Positions 45,555-55,039 of a stretch of 64,000 nt of DNA are shown here, piece after piece (the stretch's first letter is position 1; each line of letters begins with the position of its first letter). Where the stretch lies: positions 3,392,001 to 3,456,000 of the forward strand of contig OY970067.1 in the NCBI GenBank assembly GCA_963705305.1. The letters are read 5' to 3'. Source of the DNA: an uncultured Methylomirabilota bacterium. GTDB lineage: Bacteria; Methylomirabilota; Methylomirabilia; Methylomirabilales; 2-02-FULL-66-22. The notes beneath the pieces are model-generated. The model did no database searches. It was not told the DNA's origin and saw only the letters and a list, made by a program, of their open reading frames with translations. The translations under genes and the position numbers were made by a program.

Positions 45555-45799
45555 GAATGGACAGTCTAAAACCCACAACGGACAATTGACAACCGGGCAA
45601 TTGGCCGGTTTTGAATTGTTGGGTGTCCATTCTTCATTGCAGAATGCAGGGCGGGGCCAGGGGATGAAGCGGTCTCCTGGCTTTTTGTGTGAACAGAACT
45701 GGAAAATGTAGAACGGACAACTGACAACCGTCAACCACGAACCAGACGCGGTTGGCCGGTTTTGAATTGTCGGTTGTCAGTTTTTCATTGTCGGCATTG
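45555..45799. repeat. Two inverted heptamer arrays between metK and ahcY
   Basis: CAACGGA CAATTGA CAACCGG-type left arms; TTGGCCGGTTTTGAATTGT duplicated at 45601 and 45752; TCGGTTGTCAGTTT shared with 18205. Confidence 0.8.
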
Positions 45800-45808
45800 G
45801 AGGCCGCC

Positions 45809-47065
45809 ATGAACTACGACGTGAAGGATGTCGGCTTGACCGAGAAGGGTGTGCGCCGGATCGAGTGGGCGCGGAGCAACATGCCGGTCCTCTGCATGAT
45901 CGAGGAGCGGTTTGCCAAGGAGCGGCCGCTGGCGGGCATGCGGATCTCGGCCTGCCTGCACGTCACGACCGAGACGGCCAATCTGATGCGCGCCCTGAAG
46001 GCGGGGGGAGCGGAGATCCGGCTGTGCGCCAGCAACCCGCTGAGCACCCAGGACGATGTGGCCGCCGCCCTGGTGCAGACCTTCAGGATCGCCGTCTTCG
46101 CCATCCGGGGCGAGGACAAGGAGACCTACTACAAGCACATCCACGCCTCCCTGGACTTGAAGCCCAACCTCACCATGGACGACGGCGCCGACACCATCGG
46201 GGTCATCCACAGCCAGCGCACAGATCTGGCCGCCGGGGTGATTGCCGGAACCGAGGAAACCACCACCGGCGTCATCCGGCTCAAGAGCATGGAGAAGGCC
46301 GGGGTCCTCCTGTACCCCATCATCGCCGTGAACGACGCCGACACCAAGCACTTCTTCGACAACCGGTACGGCACGGGCCAGAGCACGGTGGACGGCATCC
46401 TCCGGGCCACCAACCTGCTCTTGGCGGGCAAGCGGTTCGTCGTCTGCGGCTACGGGTGGTGCGGGCGCGGCGTGGCCATGCGGGCCCGCGGGATGGGCGC
46501 CAACGTCATCGTGGTGGAGACCGATCCCCTGAAGGCCCTGGAGGCGGTCATGGACGGCTACACCGTCCTCCCCATGCTGGAGGCGGCCCGGCATGGAGAG
46601 ATCTTTGTCACCGTGACGGGAAACATCCACATCCTCCGCAAAGAGCATTTCGCCGTGATGCGGGACGGGGCGGTGGTGTGCAATTCCGGCCACTTCAACG
46701 TGGAGATCGACATTCCGGCCCTGGAGGCCCTCTCCACTTCGCATGCCCGTATGCGGGACGAGGTGGAGGGGTACCAGTTCAAGGACGGGCGGCGCATCTA
46801 CCTGCTCTCCGAGGGGCGCCTGATCAACCTGGCGGCGGCCGAGGGGCATCCGGCCAGCGTCATGGACATGTCCTTCGCCAACCAGGCGCTGGCGTCGGAG
46901 TACGCGGTGAAGAGCCGGGGGAAGCTTGAGAAGAAGGTGCACCGGGTGCCGCGGGCGATCGATGCGGAGATCGCGCGGCTCAAGCTCCAGACCATGGGGG
47001 TGCAGATCAACGTCCTGACCGACGAGCAGCGGAAGTATCTGGAGTCGTGGGAGATGGGGACGTAA
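45809..47065 (+). CDS. ahcY: Adenosylhomocysteinase
   Basis: [47 protein letters not shown]. Confidence 0.97.
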   Translation: MNYDVKDVGLTEKGVRRIEWARSNMPVLCMIEERFAKERPLAGMRISACLHVTTETANLMRALKAGGAEIRLCASNPLSTQDDVAAALVQTFRIAVFAIRGEDKETYYKHIHASLDLKPNLTMDDGADTIGVIHSQRTDLAAGVIAGTEETTTGVIRLKSMEKAGVLLYPIIAVNDADTKHFFDNRYGTGQSTVDGILRATNLLLAGKRFVVCGYGWCGRGVAMRARGMGANVIVVETDPLKALEAVMDGYTVLPMLEAARHGEIFVTVTGNIHILRKEHFAVMRDGAVVCNSGHFNVEIDIPALEALSTSHARMRDEVEGYQFKDGRRIYLLSEGRLINLAAAEGHPASVMDMSFANQALASEYAVKSRGKLEKKVHRVPRAIDAEIARLKLQTMGVQINVLTDEQRKYLESWEMGT

Positions 47066-47165
47066 GGGGCGCAGGGGCGCCGAGGCGCGGGGGAGAACCG
47101 GAGAACCGGAGAGCCGGGAGGCAATTGCCTGCCGGCTCTTTTGCGTTTGCGTGTGCGGGTGTCGC

Positions 47166-47195
47166 TTGACAAGAGGTCAAGGCCCGCGGTACGGT
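47166..47195 (+). promoter_or_regulatory. Putative sigma70 promoter with palindrome over the -35 box
   Basis: TTGACA-18nt-TACGGT; CTTGAC-AAGAG-GTCAAG palindrome. Confidence 0.45.
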
Positions 47196-47381
47196 TGCTG
47201 CGATTCGGCGGTCCCCTGAGGCGCGCACGGGAGGGGAGTCGGAGATGCCGGCCGACCAGAATGGCAATGCGAGCGGCCCCCTGGGAGGTGAACCCCCAGG
47301 GGGCCGATCCGTTTTGACGGGACCGCCCCCGTTGCTGCCTCCCTGGGGGCGCAATCTGGCAGATGCGGGCGGGAAGATATC

Positions 47382-48134
47382 ATGAGCACGGCCAGGATTT
47401 ACGAGGCGGTGGTTGCCATCGCGCGGCGGGAGTGTCCGGGCGTCCAGGAACATCCGTTGAAGCACCTGGACATCGGCGCCGGCAGGGGAGAGCTCATCGC
47501 CCGATTGGCCACTGCGATACCGCTTGAATCGTTCGCGTGCGACTTTCACGTGGAGCGCTTTCAGGTGCCCGGGGTCCCCATAGAGCGAGTGGATCTCAAC
47601 AGCGAGCCCCTGCCATACGCCGGCGAGGAATTCGACCTCGTCACATGCTCCGAGGTTCTTGAGCATCTGGAGAATCCCCGGGGCGTGCTGCGCGAGATCC
47701 ATCGAGTGCTGAAGCCCGGCGGGCTTTTCATCGTCACGACGCCGAACGTCGCGAATGCCTACTCGCGGGTTCGCTATCTGGTCAGCGGATTTGCGAACCT
47801 GTTCGGCCCCCTGCCGGTGAGAAACGATAAGCGGTACTCAACGGGTGGCCACATCAGCCCGACCCCCTATTTCTATCTCGCCCACGCCCTCCTGGACGCA
47901 GGCTTCGAGGACATCGGGCTTCGCATCGACAAGGTCCAGAAGACGTTGGTGTTCTGGCTTGTCGTGTTGGCCCCGGCGATCGCTCTGGGCTGGCGTTGGT
48001 TTTGGAGTCGTGAGGAGAAGACGTACCGGACCTTGACCGCCGAGAATCGTGCACACGTGTCCCGGCACCTGAGCTGGTCGGTGCTGGTCGGTCGTACCAT
48101 CGTGGTCTCTTGCGGCAAGCGGACCGGCGGCTGA
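47382..48134 (+). CDS. Class I SAM-dependent methyltransferase (Methyltransf_11/23)
   Basis: LDIGAGRG, FDLVTCSEVLEHL, VLKPGG..TTPN. Confidence 0.9.
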   Translation: MSTARIYEAVVAIARRECPGVQEHPLKHLDIGAGRGELIARLATAIPLESFACDFHVERFQVPGVPIERVDLNSEPLPYAGEEFDLVTCSEVLEHLENPRGVLREIHRVLKPGGLFIVTTPNVANAYSRVRYLVSGFANLFGPLPVRNDKRYSTGGHISPTPYFYLAHALLDAGFEDIGLRIDKVQKTLVFWLVVLAPAIALGWRWFWSREEKTYRTLTAENRAHVSRHLSWSVLVGRTIVVSCGKRTGG

Positions 48135-48231
48135 TCTCGATGGGGCCACCGATTTCGCCACACCCGTGATTGGTATCCGGGGGGAGAGGGGTAACAATTG
48201 GTCGATCTGGCAGGGGGAGGCTCGTCCCCCG

Positions 48232-49308
48232 TCAGCCGCGCAGCCGCCACAGCGAGAAGGTCCCGGCGGCCCCGAAGATCAGGTTGGGAAGCCAGGCGGC
48301 GACCAGGGGGGGAAGGACGCCGCCCCGGCCCAGCGCGATGGCCAAGGAGAGGAGCATCCAGTACAAGAATCCCATGGGAATGCAGACGCCCACCCAGATC
48401 ATGACCCCGGCCCGGCCCGTGCGCAGGCCGAAGCTCACCCCGATGAGGGCCATGATCAAGCTGACGAGGGCCGTGGCCACCTTAGCCTGCAGGTCCACCT
48501 GGTAGCGGCGGGTATCCACCCCGCTCTGCGCCAGTCGGCGGATATACCCTCGTAACTGCGTGTAGCTCATCTCTTGCGGAGCGCGCGCGACCCGCGCGAA
48601 CTCCTCGGGACCTTCGCTCAGGGAGGCGGTCATCTGCCGAAACGGCAGGACCCGGACGGGACTGGAGGTCAGATCGAGCTGGTAGCCGTCCCGCAGGATC
48701 CATCCGGTCTTGTTCCAGACGGCTTCCCGCGCGTCCAGCCGCCGCACCAGCTGGAAGTCCGGGGACAGTTCGAAGATGCTGATTCCCTGAATCAACCCGG
48801 ACCGGACCTCGATGAGGGAGATGTGCACAAAGCGGTTTCCCTGGGCTCGGTACCAGATGTCGCTGTCGCGGGTGACCTGGTGGGCGGGGAGGCGATTGAC
48901 CTGGGTGCGCCAGATATTCAGCGCCTGCTCGCTGGCGCCCGGGGCGACATACTCGGCGACACCCCAGGCGGCCAGGCTGGCGGCCACGCCGATGGCGATG
49001 CAGGGAGACGCGATGCGCAGGGTGCTGACCTGCCCCATCTTCATGGCCAGCACCTCGTTGTGGCGGGCCATGCCACCCACGCTCAGCAGCGCGGCCAGGA
49101 GCACTGCCACGGGGAGCACCTGGGTGAAGATGAGGGGGAGATTGGAAAGGTAGTAGGAGACGATGATGCCGAGATGGACTTGGGCCTCGAGAAAGTGGGG
49201 GAACTTCTCAAAGAGATCCACGATCACGTAGACCCCCACGAAGAGGATGAGGCACATCAAGAGCAGCTTCAAGCCTTCTCGGGCGATATACCGATCCAGG
49301 AGACGCAT
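48232..49308 (-). CDS. lptG: LPS export permease LptG
   Basis: LLDRYI, NEVLAMK, AAWLPNLIF; downstream of an lptF-like gene. Confidence 0.85.
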   Translation of the reverse strand: MRLLDRYIAREGLKLLLMCLILFVGVYVIVDLFEKFPHFLEAQVHLGIIVSYYLSNLPLIFTQVLPVAVLLAALLSVGGMARHNEVLAMKMGQVSTLRIASPCIAIGVAASLAAWGVAEYVAPGASEQALNIWRTQVNRLPAHQVTRDSDIWYRAQGNRFVHISLIEVRSGLIQGISIFELSPDFQLVRRLDAREAVWNKTGWILRDGYQLDLTSSPVRVLPFRQMTASLSEGPEEFARVARAPQEMSYTQLRGYIRRLAQSGVDTRRYQVDLQAKVATALVSLIMALIGVSFGLRTGRAGVMIWVGVCIPMGFLYWMLLSLAIALGRGGVLPPLVAAWLPNLIFGAAGTFSLWRLRG

Positions 49309-49312
49309 TCCA

Positions 49313-50482
49313 TCAACCCCGGGAATGGGAAGCGAGGGCCCGGGACATCCATAGGTGCGGAATCGATCTCAGGCGGGCCGGCTGGGTTTCGGCGTGGAGG
49401 AGCAAGAGGGCTCCACCCAGGGCAACCAGGAGGTTGGGCAGCCACATCAAGAGATACTCGGGGGCCCAGCCTCGATCGCCCAGGCCTTCACCCGCCACGA
49501 TCAGCAGGTAGTACCCCAGCGCGCATGCGACCGAGATGGCCAGGCTGATGCCGCGGCCTCCTTTCCGGATCCGGCTGCCGAGGGCGACCCCCACCGCGGT
49601 GAACAGGACGCACGACATGGGAATGGCCAGCTTCTTGTGGAATTCGACCAGAGGAGGATGGTAATTTTGGCCCTGAGCCCGCAGGGACGCGGCCCGCTGG
49701 AGTAGGCCGCTCAGCGTGAGCTCCTGCTCACCCAATTGGCGCTGCATCGGGTCGCTGAGGGCTCGACCGAGATCCAGATTCAGCGCGTAGTCCGCAAAAC
49801 TGATGAGGCGGTAGCGACCGGCCGCCTCCGCCGCCGACAGGTGGATCGTTCCGTGATCCAGTTCGAGGCCCAGCCGTAGATTCGCCGGGTCCGAGGTGAA
49901 GCGGCCGCCCTGAGCCACGATCACCCGGGCCTCCTCGGGATTTCTGGTATCGACGAGGAAGACCCCCCGCATGGCGGATGTCTTGGGATCCAAGTGCTCG
50001 ACGTACAGGATGAGGCCGTCGAAGAGTTCGTTGAAGATGCCCTCCTCGATTCCTGCGCTCACCTGGCGGCGGGTCATGTCGAACACGAGGCCCTTGAAGG
50101 CCTGGTTGCTGTACGGTAGGATCCAGATGCTGATGACCAGGGTGAGCAGCGTGGCCACGCCGCCGAACAGGACGGCGGGTCGGGTGAGACGGGTCAGGCT
50201 CAGGCCGGCTCCGCGCAAGGCCAGGACCTCTCCATCGGCCGCCAGGCGCGTGAACGTCACCAGCGTCGCCAGGAGAACGGACATGGGGATAGTGACCACC
50301 AGCGAATAGGGGAGCATGTAAAGAAAAAGCTGGAGGACCGTCATCACCCCCACGCCCTTGTTGACGATCAACTCGACGAGGCGGAGGATCTTGTTGGTCA
50401 GCAGCACGAAGGTGAAGACCATGAGGCCGATGCCGAAGGCGGCCGTCATCTCCTTCGCGATCGCGCGGTCGAGAATGTTCAT
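49313..50482 (-). CDS. lptF: LPS export permease LptF
   Basis: ILDRAI, IPMSVLLA, DGEVLAL, EGIFN, EFHKK, WLPNL. Confidence 0.85.
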   Translation of the reverse strand: MNILDRAIAKEMTAAFGIGLMVFTFVLLTNKILRLVELIVNKGVGVMTVLQLFLYMLPYSLVVTIPMSVLLATLVTFTRLAADGEVLALRGAGLSLTRLTRPAVLFGGVATLLTLVISIWILPYSNQAFKGLVFDMTRRQVSAGIEEGIFNELFDGLILYVEHLDPKTSAMRGVFLVDTRNPEEARVIVAQGGRFTSDPANLRLGLELDHGTIHLSAAEAAGRYRLISFADYALNLDLGRALSDPMQRQLGEQELTLSGLLQRAASLRAQGQNYHPPLVEFHKKLAIPMSCVLFTAVGVALGSRIRKGGRGISLAISVACALGYYLLIVAGEGLGDRGWAPEYLLMWLPNLLVALGGALLLLHAETQPARLRSIPHLWMSRALASHSRG

Positions 50483-50505
50483 GCGTCTTTCCGGATTCCT
50501 TTCCA

Positions 50506-53043
50506 ATGCGCCGTGCGAATTCTACTGCAGCTTGGCGTCCGTATCTAGCGGTATTTCTTGAGGCCACGCGGAAGGCCGCCCGCCTCTCGGACGGCTGGAC
50601 GGCGCCTCCCGCCCGCCCGCTGATTCCGCTGACGGCAGCCTTTACCCTCGGGATCGCTGCGGAAACGTTCCTGCTTGTTGGCCCCCTGGGCTGGATAGGG
50701 ATCGTGGGGCTGGCCCTGCTGGGGGCGGCGGCTGCCTGGTGGCTGCGATCCCATCGCGTCTTTTGGCTGCTCGCCATCCTGAGCTTCTTCTGTGTGGGCG
50801 GTCAGGCGGCGGCCGTGGCCTTCCTTGGGAATCCTCCCCACCACCTCAGCCGCCTTCCGGAGGAGCTCCTGGCCTCGCCCGTGCGACTGGAAGGCTGGGT
50901 GTCTGCACCCCCGGACCCCCAGCCCGCAGAAGCCGGAGATGCGGGCGATCCGGAGTGGACGCGATTCACGGTCGAAGTCACGCGTCTCCAGGCGGACGAG
51001 CGCTGGGTCGACGTCACGGGCCGGGCCAGGCTGACCGTGGCGGGAGCGCCGCTGGATGTCGCCTACGGGGATGAAGTCCGTGGGCTCTTCCAGCTGCGCC
51101 ACCCCCGGAAATTCCGCAATCCAGGCGCCTTCGACTATCCGGCGTACCTCGCCACCCGGGGAATCTTTCTGGAGGGGTGGGCACGGGAGCCGCTGGAGAT
51201 CGCGGCGGGCTCGCGGGGGTCGCCCATGCTGTCCGGGATCTTTCACCTGCGCCGCCTGCTGCTCCGGCGCTTGGAGGCCGCCATGCCGGCCTCTCAGGCG
51301 GCGCTGTTGCGGGCGGTCGTCCTGGGTGACCGCTCGGGCCTCACGCCTTCGGTCAATCAACGCTTTTTGGACTCGGGAACTTACCACATTTTGGCCATCT
51401 CCGGCCTGAATGTGAGCCTCCTGGCCGGGACGCTGTTCGGGTTCTTTCGCCTCCTCCGCCTCTCCTCTCGGGTCGGGGCCGCCGCCGCCGCGCTGCTCGT
51501 GACCGGGTATGCCGTCCTGGCGGGAGCCGGGCCGTCGGTGGTCCGGGCCGCCGTGATGGCCGACGTGTACCTGGCGGCCGTGGTGCTGGACCGGCGCGCC
51601 GATCTCTTGAACAGCCTGGCTCTTTCGGCGCTGCTGTTGCTGTGGTGGAATCCCCGATTCCTGGGCGACGTGGGCTTTCAACTCACCTACCTGGCCACCC
51701 TCGGCATCATCCTCGTGCTTCCACACTGCCAGGCGTCGCTCCAGCGATTTCCGCGCCCCCTGCGATTCGTGGGAGACTCCGTCGCCATCACCCTGGCAGC
51801 CACGGTGATGACGCTGCCCGTCCTGGCCGGGGCATTCAATCGTGTGGCCCCCGTCAGCATAGCGGCCAACATTGCCATCGTGCCCGTGAGCGGGATGATC
51901 ACGGCCCTGGGGGTTGCCGCCAGCGCCGCCTTCGCGGTGCTCCCCTCCGGGCTCTCCTGGCTCAACGTCGCGAACGGCTGGCTGGCGGATCTGCTCGTGG
52001 CGCTGGCTGGCTGGTTTGCCTCCTGGCCATGGAGCAGCGTGCGTGTCTATACCCCCATGCCGGGGATGGTGATCGCCTACTATGCCGGGGTGGCCGCCTG
52101 CGTTCTGGCGGCTGCCTCCCGAGGCAGGCAGGCGCGCCTGCGTCGGCGCTGGGCGTGCTGGCTGGCGCTGGCCTGCGCCCTCCTGCTGGCGGGCCAGGTG
52201 GTGCATCGGCTCTTTCCCGGACAGGAGCGCGCCGGGATCCGCCTCACCCTCTTGGATGTGGGGCAGGGGGAAGCCATTCTGATCGAGGCGCCGGGGAAAC
52301 GACGGATGCTGGTGGACACGGGCGGCCTGCCCGGCATGGGCCCGGACACCGGCCTGCAGGTGGTTGCCCCGTACCTCTGGCATGAGTGGATCGGCCGCCT
52401 GGATGTCCTGGTGCTCACCCACCCGGAGAGGGATCATGTCGGGGGAGTTCCCGCCGTGCTCCGGACATTCGAAGTCGGGGAGGTGTGGAGCGGCGAGATC
52501 ACCTCTGCCAGGTCGTTTGGTGTCTGGGTTCAGGAGTACCTCCGTTTGCGCAAGATTCCGCTGCGCATCGTGGCCGCGGGATCGCCCGTCCTCCGCTGGG
52601 GGGACACGGCCGTTGAGGTGCTACATCCCGGCGGGACGCCGGGCGGGGACATGCCGGCGGGCGGCCGTCGGAGGCTCAGCGCCAATGACCAGGCCCTGGT
52701 GCTCCGGATCAGCCTTGGAGACCGGACGGCCCTCCTCACCAGCGACATCGAGCGGGAGGGGGAGGCCGCCCTCCTGCGCGATGGCGGCTCCATCCGGGCC
52801 CAGGTCCTGACGGTGCCCCACCACGGCTCGCGCACCTCCAGCACCTGGCCCTTCCTCGATGCGGTCCGGCCGGAGGTGGCCCTGCTCTCGGTCGGGTACC
52901 GGAATCGCTATCATCATCCGCACCCGGAGGTTCTGGATCGCTACGCCACCCTCGGGATTCGGCTCCTTCGCACGGACCGGGACGGTGCCATCCGGGTAGA
53001 GATGAACCACGGCCGCGTCTGGGCCCACCCGCTCCAGGAGTAG
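50506..53043 (+). CDS. comEC: ComEC/Rec2 DNA uptake protein
   Basis: NPGAFDY, HILAISGLN, GFQL, DVGQGEA, THPERDH, PHHGS, RYHHP; true start may be downstream. Confidence 0.9.
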   Translation: MRRANSTAAWRPYLAVFLEATRKAARLSDGWTAPPARPLIPLTAAFTLGIAAETFLLVGPLGWIGIVGLALLGAAAAWWLRSHRVFWLLAILSFFCVGGQAAAVAFLGNPPHHLSRLPEELLASPVRLEGWVSAPPDPQPAEAGDAGDPEWTRFTVEVTRLQADERWVDVTGRARLTVAGAPLDVAYGDEVRGLFQLRHPRKFRNPGAFDYPAYLATRGIFLEGWAREPLEIAAGSRGSPMLSGIFHLRRLLLRRLEAAMPASQAALLRAVVLGDRSGLTPSVNQRFLDSGTYHILAISGLNVSLLAGTLFGFFRLLRLSSRVGAAAAALLVTGYAVLAGAGPSVVRAAVMADVYLAAVVLDRRADLLNSLALSALLLLWWNPRFLGDVGFQLTYLATLGIILVLPHCQASLQRFPRPLRFVGDSVAITLAATVMTLPVLAGAFNRVAPVSIAANIAIVPVSGMITALGVAASAAFAVLPSGLSWLNVANGWLADLLVALAGWFASWPWSSVRVYTPMPGMVIAYYAGVAACVLAAASRGRQARLRRRWACWLALACALLLAGQVVHRLFPGQERAGIRLTLLDVGQGEAILIEAPGKRRMLVDTGGLPGMGPDTGLQVVAPYLWHEWIGRLDVLVLTHPERDHVGGVPAVLRTFEVGEVWSGEITSARSFGVWVQEYLRLRKIPLRIVAAGSPVLRWGDTAVEVLHPGGTPGGDMPAGGRRRLSANDQALVLRISLGDRTALLTSDIEREGEAALLRDGGSIRAQVLTVPHHGSRTSSTWPFLDAVRPEVALLSVGYRNRYHHPHPEVLDRYATLGIRLLRTDRDGAIRVEMNHGRVWAHPLQE

Positions 53044-53154
53044 CGGTCGAACGCTGCTGGCAACCGGGGCCGCGGACTTGGAGGCGGCCAGAGCCCTATT
53101 CACGGGATGTGCCTTGCCCTGCCTGCTCCCTGCCGCCAGGCGTCTGCAGGGGGG

Positions 53155-53721
53155 CTATTCGTAGATCTCCTCAAAGATCTTCCAGCCAAGCGGCGTCCGC
53201 CTCAACCGCCAGGTCACATCGTTCAGAATAAGGTCCTTGTCCCCTCCCTCACCCCTCGCATGCTCCCGTGTCACGCGGAGCTCCATACGGGCTTGAGCCG
53301 CGGCCAGATCTCCGGTGACCGTCAGGTGAAAATCTATCAAGGACACGGAGAGATCCTTGGCGGCACGGAAGAGGTCCACGTAGGCCATCATCAGTTCCTT
53401 TTTGCCGACGCTGATCTCGGACAGTGGCCCCGCCACGCCCAGGTATCTCTGGAAGCTCCCGACGTACAGGTCGTCGGCGTAGGGCTGCCTGAGGATGTCG
53501 AGAGACTTGTTTTCAATGCCCGCGGGGATCTTCTTCAGCGTGGTGAGGATCTGCTCCTCGTCCCGATTCTTCGGTCGGTAGAGCTGCATGGAGGTGGCGT
53601 TCAGGCATCCCCCCAAGATGAGAATGCCCACCAGGCCCACGAACATCCACGCCCGCCAGGCTGGGGCAGTCCTCGAGGAGGAGATGTTCAGTTCCGGAGA
53701 CAGCTTGCAGCCATTCAGCAT
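53155..53721 (-). CDS. Hypothetical lipoprotein, possible NTF2/SnoaL-like fold
   Basis: AGGAGG RBS; hydrophobic stretch ending LGGC lipobox; YADD...LTVTGDLAAA...WKI pattern. Confidence 0.6.
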   Translation of the reverse strand: MLNGCKLSPELNISSSRTAPAWRAWMFVGLVGILILGGCLNATSMQLYRPKNRDEEQILTTLKKIPAGIENKSLDILRQPYADDLYVGSFQRYLGVAGPLSEISVGKKELMMAYVDLFRAAKDLSVSLIDFHLTVTGDLAAAQARMELRVTREHARGEGGDKDLILNDVTWRLRRTPLGWKIFEEIYE

Positions 53722-53738
53722 TCGAACCTCCTGTTTGT

Positions 53739-53924
53739 TCAGCGATGCATCAGGAAGCGCACCACGCAGCTCGGGCATCGCTGGAGGACCCGCACCAGTT
53801 CCGGGTTCTTGCCGGGCTTGCCAGCCGCCATCAGTGGAAGAGACTGGTACTGGGTCGGGATGGGCGCCCAGTCGACTCGGTGGTCCGGCACCGCCGGGCA
53901 AGAGATGGCATAGATCTTGGGCAT
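53739..53924 (-). CDS. Small (61 aa) hypothetical protein with CxxxxxH and CxxC motifs
   Basis: GGAGG RBS before ATG; MPKIYAISCPAVPDH...RCPSCVVRFLMHR; promoter directly upstream. Confidence 0.6.
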   Translation of the reverse strand: MPKIYAISCPAVPDHRVDWAPIPTQYQSLPLMAAGKPGKNPELVRVLQRCPSCVVRFLMHR

Positions 53925-53957
53925 GGGGACCTCCGCCTCGATGAATGATCTCGTCTT

Positions 53958-53986
53958 TTTATACCCGAGACAGGCCCCTCTGACAA
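53958..53986 (-). promoter_or_regulatory. Near-consensus sigma70 promoter
   Basis: Minus strand TTGTCA-17nt-TATAAA. Confidence 0.6.
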
Positions 53987-54052
53987 GGGGCCGCGCGCAG
54001 TTTGATCCGGAATCCGGCCTGGGCAGGCGGCGGACCTCGGGCGGGGGCACCG

Positions 54053-54913
54053 TCACGGCGAGGCGCGCAGGAGAATCCCGACGCCGAGGAGGGTGAGGCA
54101 GGCGCCCAGCAGCGCGTTCCAAGGAGGCAACTCTCCCAGGAGCAGCCACGCCAGCAGAATGCCGAAGGTGACCTCTTGGGTGGCGATCAGGTTCGGGAGA
54201 CTGGGATGAAGTCGTCGCAGCGCGGCGTTGTAGAGGGTGTGGCCAAGCGCCATGGGGAAGAGGGCCATGGCGACCACCGCCTCGACAGCCGGCACAGGAA
54301 TCGGCCGGGACAGGATGCCCAGGGCGAAGGGGGCCGTGGCGACCCCGGCGAAGAGGTATACCCAGCAAGCGTAGGCCAGCAGCGGGAGCCGGGCGCGCTC
54401 CCGGCGTCCAAAGAGGGAATAGAGGGCGAACGTGACCGCGGCTCCCAGGGCCAGAGCGTCTCCGAGCAGCATTCGGCGGGTGAGGGAGGGCCCGAAGCCG
54501 GCCAGGATGGCGACACCGACCAAGGCCACCAGGGCGCCCAGGAGCGTTCGGCGGGGGAGCGGCTCCCGCAAGACAAAACGGGACAGGCCGGCGATGAACA
54601 GGGGCGCCGTGTACGTCAAGGTCAGGCTGTGGGCCACGGTCGTAAAATAGAGCGATGCGATGAAAGTCAGAAAATGGAGAGCGGCAATGAGCCCGATGGG
54701 GATGAGCCGCCGACAGTCGGCGGCGCGGAGGGACAGCCGGTTGCCTACCGTCCAGGCGGCCAGGCCGACCAACAGCCCGCCCAACAGCATGCGCAGGCTG
54801 GTGACCTCTACGGGGGTCAGGGCCTCGGCCCACCGGACCAGGATGGCGCCCGTGGAAAAAAATCCGGTGGCGGCCACCGCCTGTCCCACCCCCACCCACT
54901 CGTCGCGCGTCAC
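54053..54913 (-). CDS. DMT/EamA family transporter
   Basis: About 10 TM segments in two EamA repeats (YTTVA..TAPLF, LREP, GDALAL, GHTLYN, LLGE); start uncertain. Confidence 0.85.
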   Translation of the reverse strand: MTRDEWVGVGQAVAATGFFSTGAILVRWAEALTPVEVTSLRMLLGGLLVGLAAWTVGNRLSLRAADCRRLIPIGLIAALHFLTFIASLYFTTVAHSLTLTYTAPLFIAGLSRFVLREPLPRRTLLGALVALVGVAILAGFGPSLTRRMLLGDALALGAAVTFALYSLFGRRERARLPLLAYACWVYLFAGVATAPFALGILSRPIPVPAVEAVVAMALFPMALGHTLYNAALRRLHPSLPNLIATQEVTFGILLAWLLLGELPPWNALLGACLTLLGVGILLRASP

Positions 54914-55002
54914 GGAGGGTGACGGTACCACATTCTGCGCCGGGAACCAAGGACTCCCGGCGGCCGCCGTGACGCCTTGGACCCGGTGGCGGGGGAAAGG
55001 GT

Positions 55003-55032
55003 TTGACATCCGAGAAGATCGCGTGTTACAAG
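55003..55032 (+). promoter_or_regulatory. Putative sigma70 promoter of the xseA operon
   Basis: TTGACA-18nt-TACAAG with TGn extension. Confidence 0.5.
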
Positions 55033-55039
55033 GGATTTC

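Noticed and set aside
45555..45799. Repeat arrays as a CRISPR array
   Set aside because: No constant repeat with unique equal-length spacers and no cas genes
47165..47181. FNR/CRP box
   Set aside because: The TTGAC/GTCAA half-sites are 5 nt apart rather than 4; kept only as an unspecified palindrome
47200..47330. tRNA, SRP, RNase P or tmRNA identity for the structured region
   Set aside because: No T-loop GTTCGA, no SRP GGAAGCAG loop and no RNase P GAGGAAAGTCC
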